Positions 47,156 through 60,365 of a stretch of 64,000 bases of DNA are shown piece by piece (the first letter of the stretch is position 1; each line of letters begins with the position of its first letter). Source of the stretch: Lophium mytilinum (taxonomy: Eukaryota); assembly GCA_010093605.1 (NCBI GenBank), contig MU004197.1, forward strand, positions 1,240,001 through 1,304,000. Direction: 5' to 3'. The notes beneath the pieces are model-generated. The model worked only from the letters and a program-made list of their open reading frames with translations, was not told where the DNA came from and did not search any database. A program made the position numbers and the translations under genes.

Positions 47156-50100
47156 TTACATAGTCGCGGCCGCGTGGTCCGTTTGGCCGTCCGCAATCGC
47201 CAGCCGCTGCTTGAGCGTCTTCGCCTTTTTGGACATGCCCTTGCCCTTGCGCTTGGGCGCGCCTTCGATGGCGGAGACGGGCGTCGCGGTGCCGGAAGGC
47301 TTTGCGCTGTCGTCGGCGAAATTGCCCTCGCCTACGGTTTTGTTAGTTGAGGATTCAGGGAGCTGTGGATTGGGGTAATGGGCGGGCTTACCTTCGTGAT
47401 ACATATCGTCCAAGCTCACGTCGGCACGCTTCTTGGCGTTCTTGCGTTTCTTGCCTGGCGGTGCTGCGGCCTCCGCTGCGGCCAGCTCGGCTTCCTTCTT
47501 CTCGATCTCGGCGGCTTGGTCATCGTCCGCGAGCCACATGGCGATGTCTTTGGTGCGGTTCTCGCGGGAGCGCGTGTTGAAGTCGACTTGAGCGCCTGCG
47601 CCTCCGGAGATGACGACGCGTTGCACTTCTTCCTTCTGCAGAGCACGCTTGCGGATGCGCTCTTCGATGGTGCCGCGGGTGATGAGACGGTACACGGTGA
47701 CCTGTCGCGTCTGGCCGAGACGATGGGCACGATCCATGGCTTGGCTGTCGATGGTGGGATTCCAGTCGGAGTCGTAGAAAATGACCGTGTCTGCAGCGGT
47801 CAAGTTGATACCAAGACCACCAGCCCGAGTCGATAGCAAGAAAATGAAGATGTCTGGACGGCTCTGGAAGTCGGCGACTGTGTCTCGACGATCCTCGAGC
47901 TTGGTGGATCCGTCCAGTCGGCAATATTTGTAGTTGCGGTAGGTGAGATACTCCTCCATCAGATCGATCATCCTCGTCATCTGGAAATAGAGCAGTACAC
48001 GATGATCGCCCTTCTTAAGTTCCTTGAGCAGCGCGTCGAGCTTCGCAAGTTTACCAGAATCAGTGACGAAGCGGCGCATGGACGGAACTTCGATGTCGGT
48101 GAAGCGACCTTTCCTATTCGTTGGTGGTGGCAGCATGCTGGTAGCAGGCATGGCCGCCGGATCCACCTTCGACTCGATAATTGCCTGCTCGGACTTTTCA
48201 GAGACACCGTACAGTGCTTTACGCATCGGCACATTGAAAAAGTGCCTCTCCTTTTCAGCAATCGCACCGTGGCTAGCACAGTAGAGCTCGATGGGAGGAG
48301 CCGATACTGACGGCCTGGAGCAACGATCGATGTTGTCCAAGCCAGTTTCTTCAAACGCGGTCTTTGAGACATTGAACAAATTGTACATGTGACCCTCAGC
48401 AGCGATTTCCGCGAGGGGCACCCTGTCTTTCCGGCCGACAATGTTCAACATGGAGCGCTTTGGCTCGAAGACTGAGCCATCGTCTCCGTCAAACACAACA
48501 CTCAGTCGACCACGATGTTGTGGCTGTTGGCGTTGCTCGATCGCTCGCTGGAAGAGATCCTTCTTGGCAATCGCTGATGCTTCGTTGGCTGACACGTCGG
48601 CAAATCTGAGCCAAGAGAAGGCTCCAGCTTGACGGGAAGACTCGTGGATGTTGCTGGGGTTCCAGACGTTCATAAGGTTGTACAGGTACTGCTCCTTGAA
48701 TCCAGCCTTGGGATTCTCTGGACCAGGTATATCGAGACGCCCGCCATTGCGGCACACAAGTTTCGGCATTCGGATCTCAATGAGATTACGTACGGAGTAG
48801 CTGACGTTGATATTCTGCCCCTCGCGCATGAAGGAAGCAGTCTCGGCGAAGGAGGCAAAGGAGAATGGCGAGTTGGTGTCGGCTCGTTCGAACAAATCTG
48901 GATGATTGCAGACTTTGCGGAATTGCATAACCAGGTTCATCAAGGTTGAGCTGTCTTGGTCATCCCCGACAACCTTCTCGATCAAATCCATGATGCTGAT
49001 CTTGTTGCGAAGACCACTGTAGTAAGCGCGTTGTCGATATGTGAGATCGCAGAAGACATCTAGTTCGATCTTGTCACCAAGCTCCTTCTGGACGTGCTTC
49101 TTGATACGCCTAAGCATGAAAGGCTTCAGGATCATGTGCAATCGCTTGAGTTGATCCTCGTTCAGCTTCGTATTACTCTGCGCATGGCTCTCGATGTCCT
49201 TGGAGAACCAATCGCTGAACTCATCGTGAGAGTCGAACAGACTGGGCATGATGAAATGCAACAAAGCCCAAAGCTCTTGCATGTTGTTCTGAATGGGAGT
49301 ACCTGTGAGAAGGAGTCGATTGCGGCAGTGGAACCCCAACAGACTCTTCCATCTAGAACTCTGGGAGGACTTGATAGCCTGAGCCTCGTCGAGAATCATG
49401 TACTGCCAACGAATCTTCTGAAAGTATTGGGCATCCTGAACAACGAGTTGATACGAGGTGACCAAAACATGGAACGAGGAGTCCTTGGAGTAAGTAATAT
49501 GCTTTCGGTCCCAGAACTTCCGAAGAATCTTGCGGTCCTTAGCATTGCCCCAGTATGGTAGTACCTTGAGATTTGGAACGAATCGAGCAATCTCCTGTTG
49601 CCAATTGTGAAGAGTGGAAGCTGGTGCGATGACCAAGAAGGGACCCCAAATGTTGTGAGTTTCAGCGAGATACGCCATAACGGAGATCGACTGAACGGTC
49701 TTTCCCAGACCCATCTCATCTGCCAGGATACCGTTAATGCCCTGCTCATACAAGTTGACCAACCAGTTGAGACCTTTGAGCTGGTACTCCTTAAGCGTGC
49801 AGTTGAGAAGAGCTGGTTGTGTGATATCCATACTCTGCAAGCTGGTGGGGTTTTGGAAGTTCATTTCGCCCTCATCAAAATCTTGCATTTGGTTGCTCTG
49901 CTCCTCTCCATTGAAGGCACGAGCACGATCCTGAGCTTCTTGAACAGCGTTCTGCGCGTTGGCCATAGCGGCAGCGCGGAGGACGCTCTCATCCTCAGCA
50001 TCAAAGTCGAGATCCTCGAAGTTGGTAACCTTGCCGATCTTTGCGTTGCCGTCTGTGTCGGGTAAAGTCACCGTAGGAGCGTTTGGATCCGCGGATTTGG

Positions 50101-52447
50101 CGGTTTGAGCAGCGAGTGCAACATCGTCGGTGGATCGCTCGACCTCGTCGGTCTTGACTTTCTTCCCAATGAAATGCGAGTACAGCTCTGTTTGAGAGAT
50201 CAGAAAATTGAGCTTGCGCTTCTGTCGGTTGGCCTCGCGGTCGGCTTCCGCCTTCTTCGCATTTTCTAACTCCTGCCTTTCGGCCATCTTGCGCTGGTCT
50301 CGTTCGTCGCGCTCGTTCCGCTTCCAGAATGAGAGCATCTCTCGCATACTTCGCTTCGCCCGGGCTTGTACATCCTTCATGCTCTTGTTGGTGCGGAGCT
50401 GCCATCGCCTAGCTTCCTTGGACGCAAGCTGGGCTGTCTTACGAAGGTTGGATTGCTTTGTAGACAGCGAATTCTCCTTGATCCGAACAACCTTTGGGAG
50501 GTCTTTCTTGGCAATGTCCTTCCAGATCTGATTGAAGAGGTTCTGATAGGCCAGGGAGTTGTATTGCGTGAGAACGGCGGGGCCTGAGTAGTCCTCGGTT
50601 TGGCTGCGGCTCTTGAGTGCTTCCAAGCGAGCCTCCTCCCTGGGCGCGATCGCAGGCAATTCATCTCCTCGGTCGATGGCAGCCTGTGCGGCAGCAGCGG
50701 CGTTCTTCTCGGCCTGCTTCTGTTCCTTGGTCTTCTTCAAACGAGTGCCTGTCCTTCCGCGCTTTTTGCTAAGTTGTGGGGTGTCGTCCATCATCTGGAA
50801 AGAGCTCATGGTGCCACCTTCGAGGTTTGGTGCGTGCGGCGTGACCTCTCGTATGTCATTGTTTGCGGTGACTCCCTGGAGTAGCTGTTGGGTGGCCTTG
50901 GCCTTCTTCTCTGCCTTTTGTGCTTCCCTAACGCTCTTCTCCCGCTCTTCTTCAGTCTGAGCAGTCTGGCTCTTCTTGATTGCCTCCTGCAGCTTGATTT
51001 GCTCGTTCTGGAGCGTCTTTTCTCGCCGTCGCTTCCGCTGCATCTCCTTCTTCCGTTCTTTTTCTTCGGCGATTTCCGAATTCTGAACAGCTTGCCAAGC
51101 TTCTTGTTCCTTAGTGATGCTCCACTGAGCTTTCGAGGCATCGCGGTGGGCAGCAAAGACATCGGCGAATCTAGTTAGCTGGGCAGTTCGTCGACGCTGT
51201 AATCATAAATTAGTACAGTGCGCGCAAAATACGGCAGCTGTGAACCTACCTTGCGCTTCTCCAATTCAACAGCCTCAACTTCCAGCGACCGCTTCTTACT
51301 CCGCTGCAGGTACTCAAGACGCTCTTCATCAAAACCAGGTGTATCCACGTCACTCATCTCCGTGGTCTCAATACGAGCTACTTCATTCTCCACTTCCTTC
51401 TCGTCGGGAACGGGTACATTGCGAGCGGGAGGATAATGCGAGTCGCCGTTGAGGACAGCTTGGTCAAACGGGTTACGGGCAACTGCGATTGTGTCCGCCA
51501 TAGGAAGTTCGGGTGGCGCGGGCGAGGCGAAAGCCTCCTGCTTAACCTGAAGGGCAGTCATTGCGGCTGGCTTCGCAGGCGTCGGGTGTTGTTCGACTAC
51601 GGGTGGGGGATGGGGTGCCGAAGCAGGTGGCTCAGGGTCAGAGCCAGACATGATGCTGGATAGCGACATAGGATCCGCTGTCCTCGCGGGGGCTTGGGTT
51701 GCAGTCTGCGATGGTGTTAGTGACGGGGCGCCGTGACGTTGATGATAAACCTCACCTCAGCCGTTGAAGGCCGGCGTGTGTAGTTCGGTGGTGGCGCCTG
51801 AACTGCTCCTCGGCCCATTGGCTGGTATACCGTAGGGGATATGGGGGAATGCGACATGGTGTCCATCGGTCCTGCTGGGTGGGCGAGAGACTGGGGGTGG
51901 TGTAGTGGCGAGCGATGCGGGAATGTGGTCGCGACGGGTGAATGATAAGGTTTGTCGTAGGAGGGCTCCGGGGGCCGCGTTTCAGGAAAGCCGTAGGAAT
52001 CTCGATTCTGCTGTAGTGAAGAGTCAGCGTGATGATGCAGGGTTGCTGGAAAAAAGTTTGGCGACCTACCTGGGGCGTGTAGTGGCCGTCGAATCGCGGC
52101 GTGCTTCGTCCTACGGTCCTGTCGCCATGGTCTGAGGTCGGGTCGTAGTACTTGGAGGCAGTGCTGCTGAATGCGGACGCGATGGGAGGCAGGCCGGTTG
52201 TGGAGGGCGACGTCGGCGGTGGAGGGCGGGCGTGAGGTTGGTTGTAGCTGCTGTGGTGAAGCGGCAAGGGCGCAGGCGTGTTGGGTTGCGAGTTGGGTGC
52301 TCGATGGGTGGGTGAGTAACTGAAAGCTGTTTGCGTGGGCGAATGGGCCGCATTGTAAGCTGGCGTTTCCCCTGGCATCCTGTCACGGTCTCGCGACAAG
52401 CCCTCGTCTTCATCGGCAGAACGCTGCAGCACCGGGTTCCGGAACAT
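47156..52447 (-). CDS. INO80: Chromatin-remodelling ATPase; start at 52447 or 52378
   Basis: DBINO region ([10 protein letters not shown]...[19 protein letters not shown]), [21 protein letters not shown], long helicase insertion, [11 protein letters not shown]. Confidence 0.96.
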
Positions 52448-53521
52448 CAGAGGCACAATCGCGAACGGCGTCTAGGGGGCCATGGAGACACGACGTCGCC
52501 GGGGAGAGAGAGAGACTGAGGATGCGCGTCCCTGCGGCCACAGCGGGCGGCGAGGCTGGCGAGGGAGCGTGGGCGGTGCGCGCGGTGATGCGGCGCGGGA
52601 GTGCTGATGATGGACTGGGGATGGTGGTGATGGCGACGGGCCTGGGGAGATGGATGAGGTCGGAGTCGAGGAGAGGCTGTGGGCGAAGCTGGACTGGATC
52701 GTGGCTCTCGCGCCGCCGCTATGTCAGCTCCCTGGGTCGTAGTGCAAATGAGCAGTAGCCAGCTCTCCCACCACGCCTGTCCGACTTTCTACACGACGAG
52801 ATGAAGTTGGTGTGACGGGTTCAATGGGCGAGGGCAGACGCGTTCATGGGGGAGAGTTGGAGATGTCTAATCCTTCAATATGGGGATGCCGGCCCTGATT
52901 CGAGGGGGATGACGACCCTCTCCACAAAGCATGAGGCCCCAAGAGCAACGTGATGGGCCTCCGTGGTCCCGTCCAGCCTGCCGAGACCAGGAGCATCATC
53001 GCTCAGGCGGCGCGGCGGGGGGTGGCCATTCGCGCGCAATTGCGCTTCACATTCTACATAGCAGTTCCATCTGATGCCTCTACACTCCTGGGCCGTCGGG
53101 GCTGCTCGTCGGATGCTGCGTGGCATCTCGCGCGGCCCGGAGGAGGCATTGTCCTGTTCTCGCCGTCACGCCTGCTACCAACTCGGCAAAGGGCCCAATA
53201 TCGAACCACGGAACAGGCTGCGGCACGTCACAGCGAGTGCTGCCGGAGAAGGGGTTGCTGCAAGCAGGCGATGCGGCAGCGGTCCAGCACCCGCCCGGCC
53301 GCGGCGAGAGGCATCTTACAGGTGATAGGAGGCTCAACCTTGGAAATGCCATCGTCCCTTTCAGTTCGAGATTGTTGGCCTAGCATACCTGCACTATTCT
53401 GCATTGGGATAGGCGCAGCCGGCTTGGCGCCAATATGCAGCTGGCCCGTGCGCATCCGCGATTTCACAGAACTTTTCAGGTCGACCAGCACATTTACCGC
53501 AATACACACAACACCGTCGCC

Positions 53522-54796
53522 ATGGCCGCAGTCTACAAGAGCTTGTCCAAGCCGGACAGAGGGGACGAGGAGAAGACGGCTGGCCCCAAAAAGCACAAGC
53601 AGCGCGTGCTGATTCTGAGCTCGCGCGGCGTCACCTACCGGCACCGACATCTCATGAACGACCTCTACTCGCTGATGCCACATAGCCGCAAGGACGCCAA
53701 ACTCGACACCAAGACGAAATTGTACCAGTTGAATGAGCTAGCTGACTTGTACAACTGCAACAATGTTCTATTTTTTGAGGCGAGGAAAGGCAAGGATCTC
53801 TATGGGTATGCTCTTTTTTATCACGTCCGGGAAAGAAAGAATCTGGTCCACAGGGCCTTTGGTATTCTTATGCGACTCTATTGAGATAGTCTCTAACGAA
53901 ATGCAGATGGATATCGAAAGCGCCAAACGGCCCAACTGTGAGTATCTCTATGTCACATGACCTTCTCAGATCTCAACCATCTATTATTTCCTGAATCTAA
54001 GATTTTGTTGTGTCGATCTTATCTCTACTCTGCACTTGATGCCATCAAAACTTTTGCATTTTCTCTATCGATGAAAGAACTTGGGCCTCTACTCTTCCAA
54101 CCAGAAACTAACATGGACCTCAGGTCAAAATGCACATACAAAATATCCATACCATGGAGGGTAAGAAGCATCATGTGCCAAATCTATCAACCTTTACTTA
54201 CAAACCCAGAACTGCACTTCACCGGCAACTGCCTCAAAGGCTCCCGGCCCATCCTCTCATTTGACGCAGCATTCGACAAAGCGCCCCATCTACGCGTCCT
54301 AAAAGAGCTGTTCCTCCACACATTCGGCGTGCCAAAGACCTCCCGCAAGATCAAGCCCTTCGTCGACCACGTCATGGGCTTCACCATCACAGACGGCAAG
54401 ATCTGGATCCGCGTCTACCAGATCAACGAAACCGCGCCCGGCAAGCCGAAACCCGCCGCCGACGGGGAGATGGAGGTGGACCCTGTTCCAAACCCCAAGA
54501 AAGGCAAGAACATCGAAACCAATATTAGCCTTGTCGAGATCGGCCCGCGGGTCGTCATGACCCCGATCGTTATCCTGGAAGGCAGCTTCGGCGGCCCGGT
54601 CATCTACGAGAACAAAGAGTTCGTCTCGCCGAACCAGATCAGATCGGATCTCCGACAGTCGAAGGCTGGCAAGTATAATAGGAGGAGCGAGCAAGGGCTC
54701 GAGAGGAAGGTCAAGCGAGGCGATCTGGGTCTCAACACTCATGGCGGCCGGAAGAATGAGAAAGACGCGCTGGACAACAAGGTTGTGTTTGCTTAG
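53522..54796 (+). CDS. BRX1: Brix-domain ribosome biogenesis protein, 4 exons (53522-53805, 53907-53937, 54124-54160, 54210-54796)
   Basis: RVLILSSRGV.YRHRHL, FFEARK, PNGPT, GNCLKGSRPILSFD, KPFVDHV, EIGPR, GSFGGP. Confidence 0.95.
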
Positions 54797-55614
54797 ATAT
54801 ACCAACATGTGCACCGGTGGCGTTTTTGGCGATATGGTAGTTTCTTGGGACTGTATTGGACATCGTGGCTTCGACAGGCACTAAAAGCGGAACTGGCCGC
54901 ATGGAGGCCTTCTAGCATATCTTCGGCTATAAGGTTTTCTGGTAGGCTCACCTTCAGGCTGTGGCGTATACGCTCTTGAATACTATACACTTCAACAGAC
55001 TTACATGTTGCTTATTCAGTGGCTGGTATTTGGCAAAACACGAAGCCCTAGGCCATGCGTATATGCACACAGATATCATCACTGCTCGGCTCCAACGAGG
55101 AGAAGCCCAGCTGAGTCAGTACCCAATGGGCAAGGGAGCAGTCTGCCCGGTTTGCGCGGCTTGGAACTTGACATCTCGCGCCTCCATATCTGAAACTTAT
55201 GCGGGGTACCCCGACCAGTGGAAAGCTGATGTGCATATCTGTCATTGTACTTTCAAACCACACTTAGAGGCATTATAGACCTGGCCTACCTTTGCTATCT
55301 CACGACACCATCGACACTCCAGATATATACGTTAAAAGGGGGAGGGCACGTCCAGGAACCCTACATTGCGCGCCAGCGCGCTTCTTACTACGAATTACTT
55401 ACAAAAGAATCGAACTACCCGATCTGCGCGCGTGCGCTGCCTACCGTTATGGTACCTACCAAAAGGATAGACTTGAATCCTCCTACATGCTATGGAGCAA
55501 CCATGTTTCAAAAGAACTTACCCCATTCATAGAGGCTTCCGGGACTGCTGGTCTAGAGGTTAGAATTGAAAGTCGATGCCCAACTTCTGGGGCTGTGCAG
55601 GGTCGGCTAGGCGA

Positions 55615-56160
55615 TCATCTGCGATTTTGCCCGCCGAAACGTCGACGCGGCTTCGCGAAGACACGACCATTTCGAGGGGCAGGGCCGGTGGGGGGAGGGC
55701 CTGCGAAGGGGCTAGGGGCCACAAAGGGGTTAGGGCCTGTAGAGAAAGCAGAGCCCGTAGAGAGAGTAGGGCCTGTAGAATCTACATCCATAGCATCGGG
55801 ATCAGGATTCCGACCACCGTAAGAAGGGTAGCTGAAAGCCGTAGACAGGTGGCTGTAAGCCGTAGGCGTCACATCCTCCATCGGGCCATAGCTCGGCTGC
55901 GTGGGCCCAAAAGCTTGCGAGGGAGTACCGTATTGCTCGTTGTTGAAACGAACACCGCCGTTCCTCGCAAAGTCCATGTTGGGACCAGACGGCGCGACTT
56001 GGGAATAGAAAGGCAGAGCCGGACCCGTGAAGATCACGCCTTCCATCGCATCGTAGCTAGGCCGTCTCAGCGGGATGCTGGGCTCGCCGGTGGCGCTGTA
56101 TTGCTGCGAGTAGAAGGGTTTGGCGATGTGGTGGGAGGGAACGGGAGTCCCGTGAAACAT
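55615..56160 (-). CDS. Hypothetical Pro/Gly-rich protein; may have an upstream exon
   Basis: 181-aa ORF with in-frame 6-residue repeats; a GCTAAC branch point and TAG acceptor lie just upstream (~56195-56184). Confidence 0.4.
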   Translation of the reverse strand: MFHGTPVPSHHIAKPFYSQQYSATGEPSIPLRRPSYDAMEGVIFTGPALPFYSQVAPSGPNMDFARNGGVRFNNEQYGTPSQAFGPTQPSYGPMEDVTPTAYSHLSTAFSYPSYGGRNPDPDAMDVDSTGPTLSTGSAFSTGPNPFVAPSPFAGPPPTGPAPRNGRVFAKPRRRFGGQNRR

Positions 56161-57450
56161 TCCGAGACGCTGTTGGGGGTTCTCTATTGTGTTAGCTATG
56201 CGTTCTAGGGACTTGGGTCAGGTGAGGATTTGGAGACGGGGCATGCGGTCGTTTGATTTTATAGATGTGTTTGGATAGGCGTGAGCTATGTGTACGGAAC
56301 AATAGGACAAAGGATGGGACGGGAATTATTAGAGTCGAACAAGGAAACAATGAGAGGAATGTTTTATGTTCCATCTGCAGCCAATCATAGCTGGATTGAA
56401 GGAATACTAGCGTCGACGAAGTTGCTCCTGAAGCATGATTGAGAGAAGAAATGGGGAGGCTCCTTAAGGCGTGCACTGTGCCTTCTATCACAGATTCCCC
56501 AGAAATACGTCACAGTACTCAAGGAAAGACGATTTCATGTTCATGATGTAGCCTCAACAGCGGTGTAGAGCGTAGTATAAAGTTCCTCCGGGGGTTTGAA
56601 GTGGAATGAATGCGCTGACTAAGCAATGCATCTTATTTCGACCCTATACATGCGATTATCTCCAAGTCACAAGAAGGAAGTTGTTTAACATCATGATAGA
56701 GATCACACAGGTACCTTGCTAACCTAGTAACGAATCTTGGGACTCACGTACACATTGTACCCCAAAATACTTCGAGGTATTGTGCACGGCCCATCTTCCA
56801 TCAAAAATCCGACCCGATGACTGGCTGTCCCCTTTCTAACTCCACCACGATATCATTCGTCCCAAGTGCATCCATCCCCCCCATCTCTCCTTTACCGGTA
56901 CCTGATCTTGACATGTACAGGATGCTAACATGGTCTCGCCGCCTAGACCTCCTTGTATTGGAATGGGCTGGGGAACGGACAGGGCCAAGCTTTCGGACAG
57001 TCTGCCCGAAGGCCCCATAAATCGCATCGGAGTCTAATCGTGCGAAGAATTTTCGAAGCATCTCCAGCATCCAGACGGGCGAATGGACAGTTTGTCGACT
57101 TCGAAAGCACAATCCCCCGTCCTGCAGTCTGCAGAGCGGAGAGGTGGCCCCTATCTAACCACAACGGTCCATAGAATCCGAGGTCAAGCTCTTATCGTTA
57201 TCGGCCTGCAGCCAACAGCTTCACGTTACGAAATGCGGAGGAGGGGTCGGGCGATAATGCCGTCGCAATCGTCGTGGACATGCCGGACTAGGTAAACATT
57301 TCTAGGGCCCTTACGCGCCTGGACTGCGAGAAGACAGAATTATTGAACAGCATAGAATATATTTGTTCCTCCAGCTGCCCTTCTCCTCTTGCACAGTAGA
57401 GACCCCTTCCTCAACCGTCTCCCTCCCAAATCCCCTCCACAGACCTCACA

Positions 57451-59673
57451 ATGGCTCTCGACCGCCTAAAGCAAGCAGCATCCCACATCACCGGCCAGAC
57501 TGAGCCTCCTTACCCATTCGATCCCCTCTCTGAAAGCGAAATCGAGAAGGCGGTTGGTATCATTCGCAAGGAGCATGACAATCTCTTCTTCAATGCGGTT
57601 ACGCTATGGGAGCCGCGCAAAGCGGAGATGATGGCGTGGGTCGCAGATCCAGAACACACACCTAGGCCGCACAGAATTGCAGACGTGGTAGCAATTGGCA
57701 AAGGTAGCAAGGTGTACGATGGTCACGTGGATTTGAACGAGGGCAAGCTTTTGTCCTGGGAATTGACTGAGGGCGTGCAACCCCTGGTATGTTCTTTTTT
57801 ATAGGGTGGAATGAGTTTTGCTGATATACACTAGATCACCATGGAAGACTTGCAAATTGTAGAGTCGGTGGTTCGGAAAGACCCTAAAGTCATTGAACAA
57901 TGTGGGATTCTTGGCATACCGGCGGAAGATATGTATAAAGTGTACTGTGACCGTGAGTATGATTGGTTGAGATTTTTGAGATTGAATTCTAAACACCACT
58001 ACAGCTTGGACGATTGGATACGATGAGCGATTCGGGAGCAACGTACGCCTTCAACAGGCACTGATGTACTACCGCCCACACGTCGACGACAGCCAATACA
58101 GCTACCCCCTGGACTTCTGCCCGATTTTTAACGCCGATACTCAAGAGATCATCCACATCGACGTACCACCTGTCCGGCGCCCAGTCAACAAAGCCCCACC
58201 AAACAACTACCATGCCGCATCAATTGAGGCTGAAGGTGGCTACCGTACTGATGTCAAGCCTATCAACATCACACAGCCAGAGGGTGTCTCTTTCACAATG
58301 GACGGACGAATAATCAGCTGGCAAAACTGGAAACTACATATTGGCTTCAACTACCGGGAGGGTATGGTTCTGTCCAACATCACCTTCAACGACAAGGGCA
58401 ACGAGCGACCAGTCTTCTGGCGCATGTCTCTCGCGGAGATGGTTGTGCCATATGGCAATCCCGAGCATCCTCACCAGCGTAAGCATGCGTTCGATCTAGG
58501 AGAGTATGGAGGAGGATATATGACCAACTCGTTGAGCCTGGGATGTGACTGCAAGGGAGCCATCCACTACCTCGATGCCGCATTTGTCAATCGCGCCGGC
58601 GCACCGACAACCATCAAGAACGCAATTTGCGTACACGAGGAGGATAACGGCATCTTATTCAAGCACACCGACTTCCGCGACGACAGCGTGACGGTCACCC
58701 GCGCCAGGAAGCTCATCATCTCGCACATCTTCACCGCCGCCAACTACGAATACTGCGTCTACTGGATCTTCCATCAAGATGGCACTGTGCAGCTTGAGAT
58801 CAAGCTTACCGGTATCCTAAACACGTACGCTATGCTCCCCGGCGAAGACCTTCATGGCTGGGGCACGGAGGTGTACCCAGGTGTCAACGCCCACAACCAC
58901 CAGCATCTCTTCTGTCTTCGCGTCGATCCCAATATTGACGGACCTAAGAACACTATCTTCCAAGTCGATGCTGCGCGAGGAGCAGGTGAGGTCGGCTCGA
59001 AGGAGAACCCGTACGGCAATGCTTTCTACGCGAAGAAGACTCGATTCGAGACCCCCGAACAGGCCAAGAGTGATTACGACGGTGCTAGCAGCAGGACGTG
59101 GGAGATGAGCAACGAGAGCAAGCTCAACCCATACAGCCATAAGCCCGTCAGCTATAAGCTTGTGAGTAGGGAGGTGCCAGTGCTACTGCCCAAGGAGAAT
59201 GGACTGGTGTGGAAGCGTGCCGGTTTCGCTCGACACGCTGTGCATGTTACAAAGTGTAAGCATCCGATCTCACACACAAATACACGCACAAGTGCTAATA
59301 ATTCACAGACGACGACTCTCAAATTCACCCTGCCGGCCGTCACGTGCCCCAAACATCCGGCGAGCCCTCCGAAGGCCTCCCTGCCTGGATCGCTGCCAAT
59401 CCTAACCAGAACATCGCCAACGAGGACGTTGTGCTCTGGCACACCTTCGGTATTACCCACTTCCCGAGTCCCGAGGACTTCCCTGTCATGCCTGCTGAGC
59501 CGATGACCTTGCTTCTACGCCCGAGGAACTTCTTCACGAGGAACCCGTGCTTGGACGTCCCACCCAGCTACTGCAGTGTGCCGAGTGGCGTCAAGCAGGG
59601 CGTGAGCTTGGTGGACAAGCTGTCAACATTAGCATTTGGAGGAGAGCAAAAGAAGGACTGCTGCAAGAAATGA
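57451..59673 (+). CDS. AMO1: Copper-containing amine oxidase, peroxisomal type, 4 exons
   Basis: TPQ consensus ANYEY, Cu ligands HNHQH and a C-terminal His (FGITHFP), SLSLGCDCKG, EDFPVMP; PTS2-like RLKQAASHI at the N-terminus. Confidence 0.95.
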
Positions 59674-60365
59674 GGACTTACAGGACATGGATTAATTTGA
59701 TGCCTTCTTAAAAGCTTGATGACTGGCATAGCGACATTTTTTGGGAGGCTGGATTATGGGACTGTGGCTTTAATGCTGTGATACGGAGCGGACTATAGCG
59801 ACGATTCTTTACTTTCTTGGTATATATTGAGCGAGGATTTACGAATGGATTCCGACACAATTAACTTCTGCATGCTGTTGTAAGATCTCAATATCGATAC
59901 TCCACTGGTTCTCACGTGCGATTGGCGGAATTGGTGAAGGTCGGGATTGATAAGCCCTACGCGCGAGTCATGGCCCTCACCGCACACAGCACTTCAAACC
60001 ACGTTCAGGAAATGGAATTAGTATGAGCAGAAGAGATTTGATGATCACGATGAGCATAAAGGAGCTCTTGATATACCGCGGCTTTATCAGAGAGAACTGT
60101 GAATCAATAACGTTTGTGGGAGCTTGGGGGGGGGCTTGTATCAAAAGGGAAAGCCGAATGACGCTCAGCGAAGTGGAGGTTCCCTCGAGCAAGGTCAACC
60201 TCCATCCATCCAACACCACCACCAGCATCGCAATAATTTATTGCACCAGACCGCTGCAGCCTCTCATCCTTCAATTCCCCATTCTCGAGCTTCCCTTGTG
60301 CTACGACATGTCCCCAACCTGAGCATGCGCACGCGATACGCCGTTCCAACCCTCACCGGCACATA

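Noticed and set aside
53806..54123. Intronic snoRNA in the longer BRX1 introns
   Set aside because: No clean C box (RTGATGA) paired with a D box, and no two-hairpin H/ACA layout; only a weak hairpin.
39126..54796. CBF5, SIS1, INO80 and BRX1 as a functional cluster
   Set aside because: Unrelated housekeeping neighbours; nothing in the sequence indicates co-regulation.
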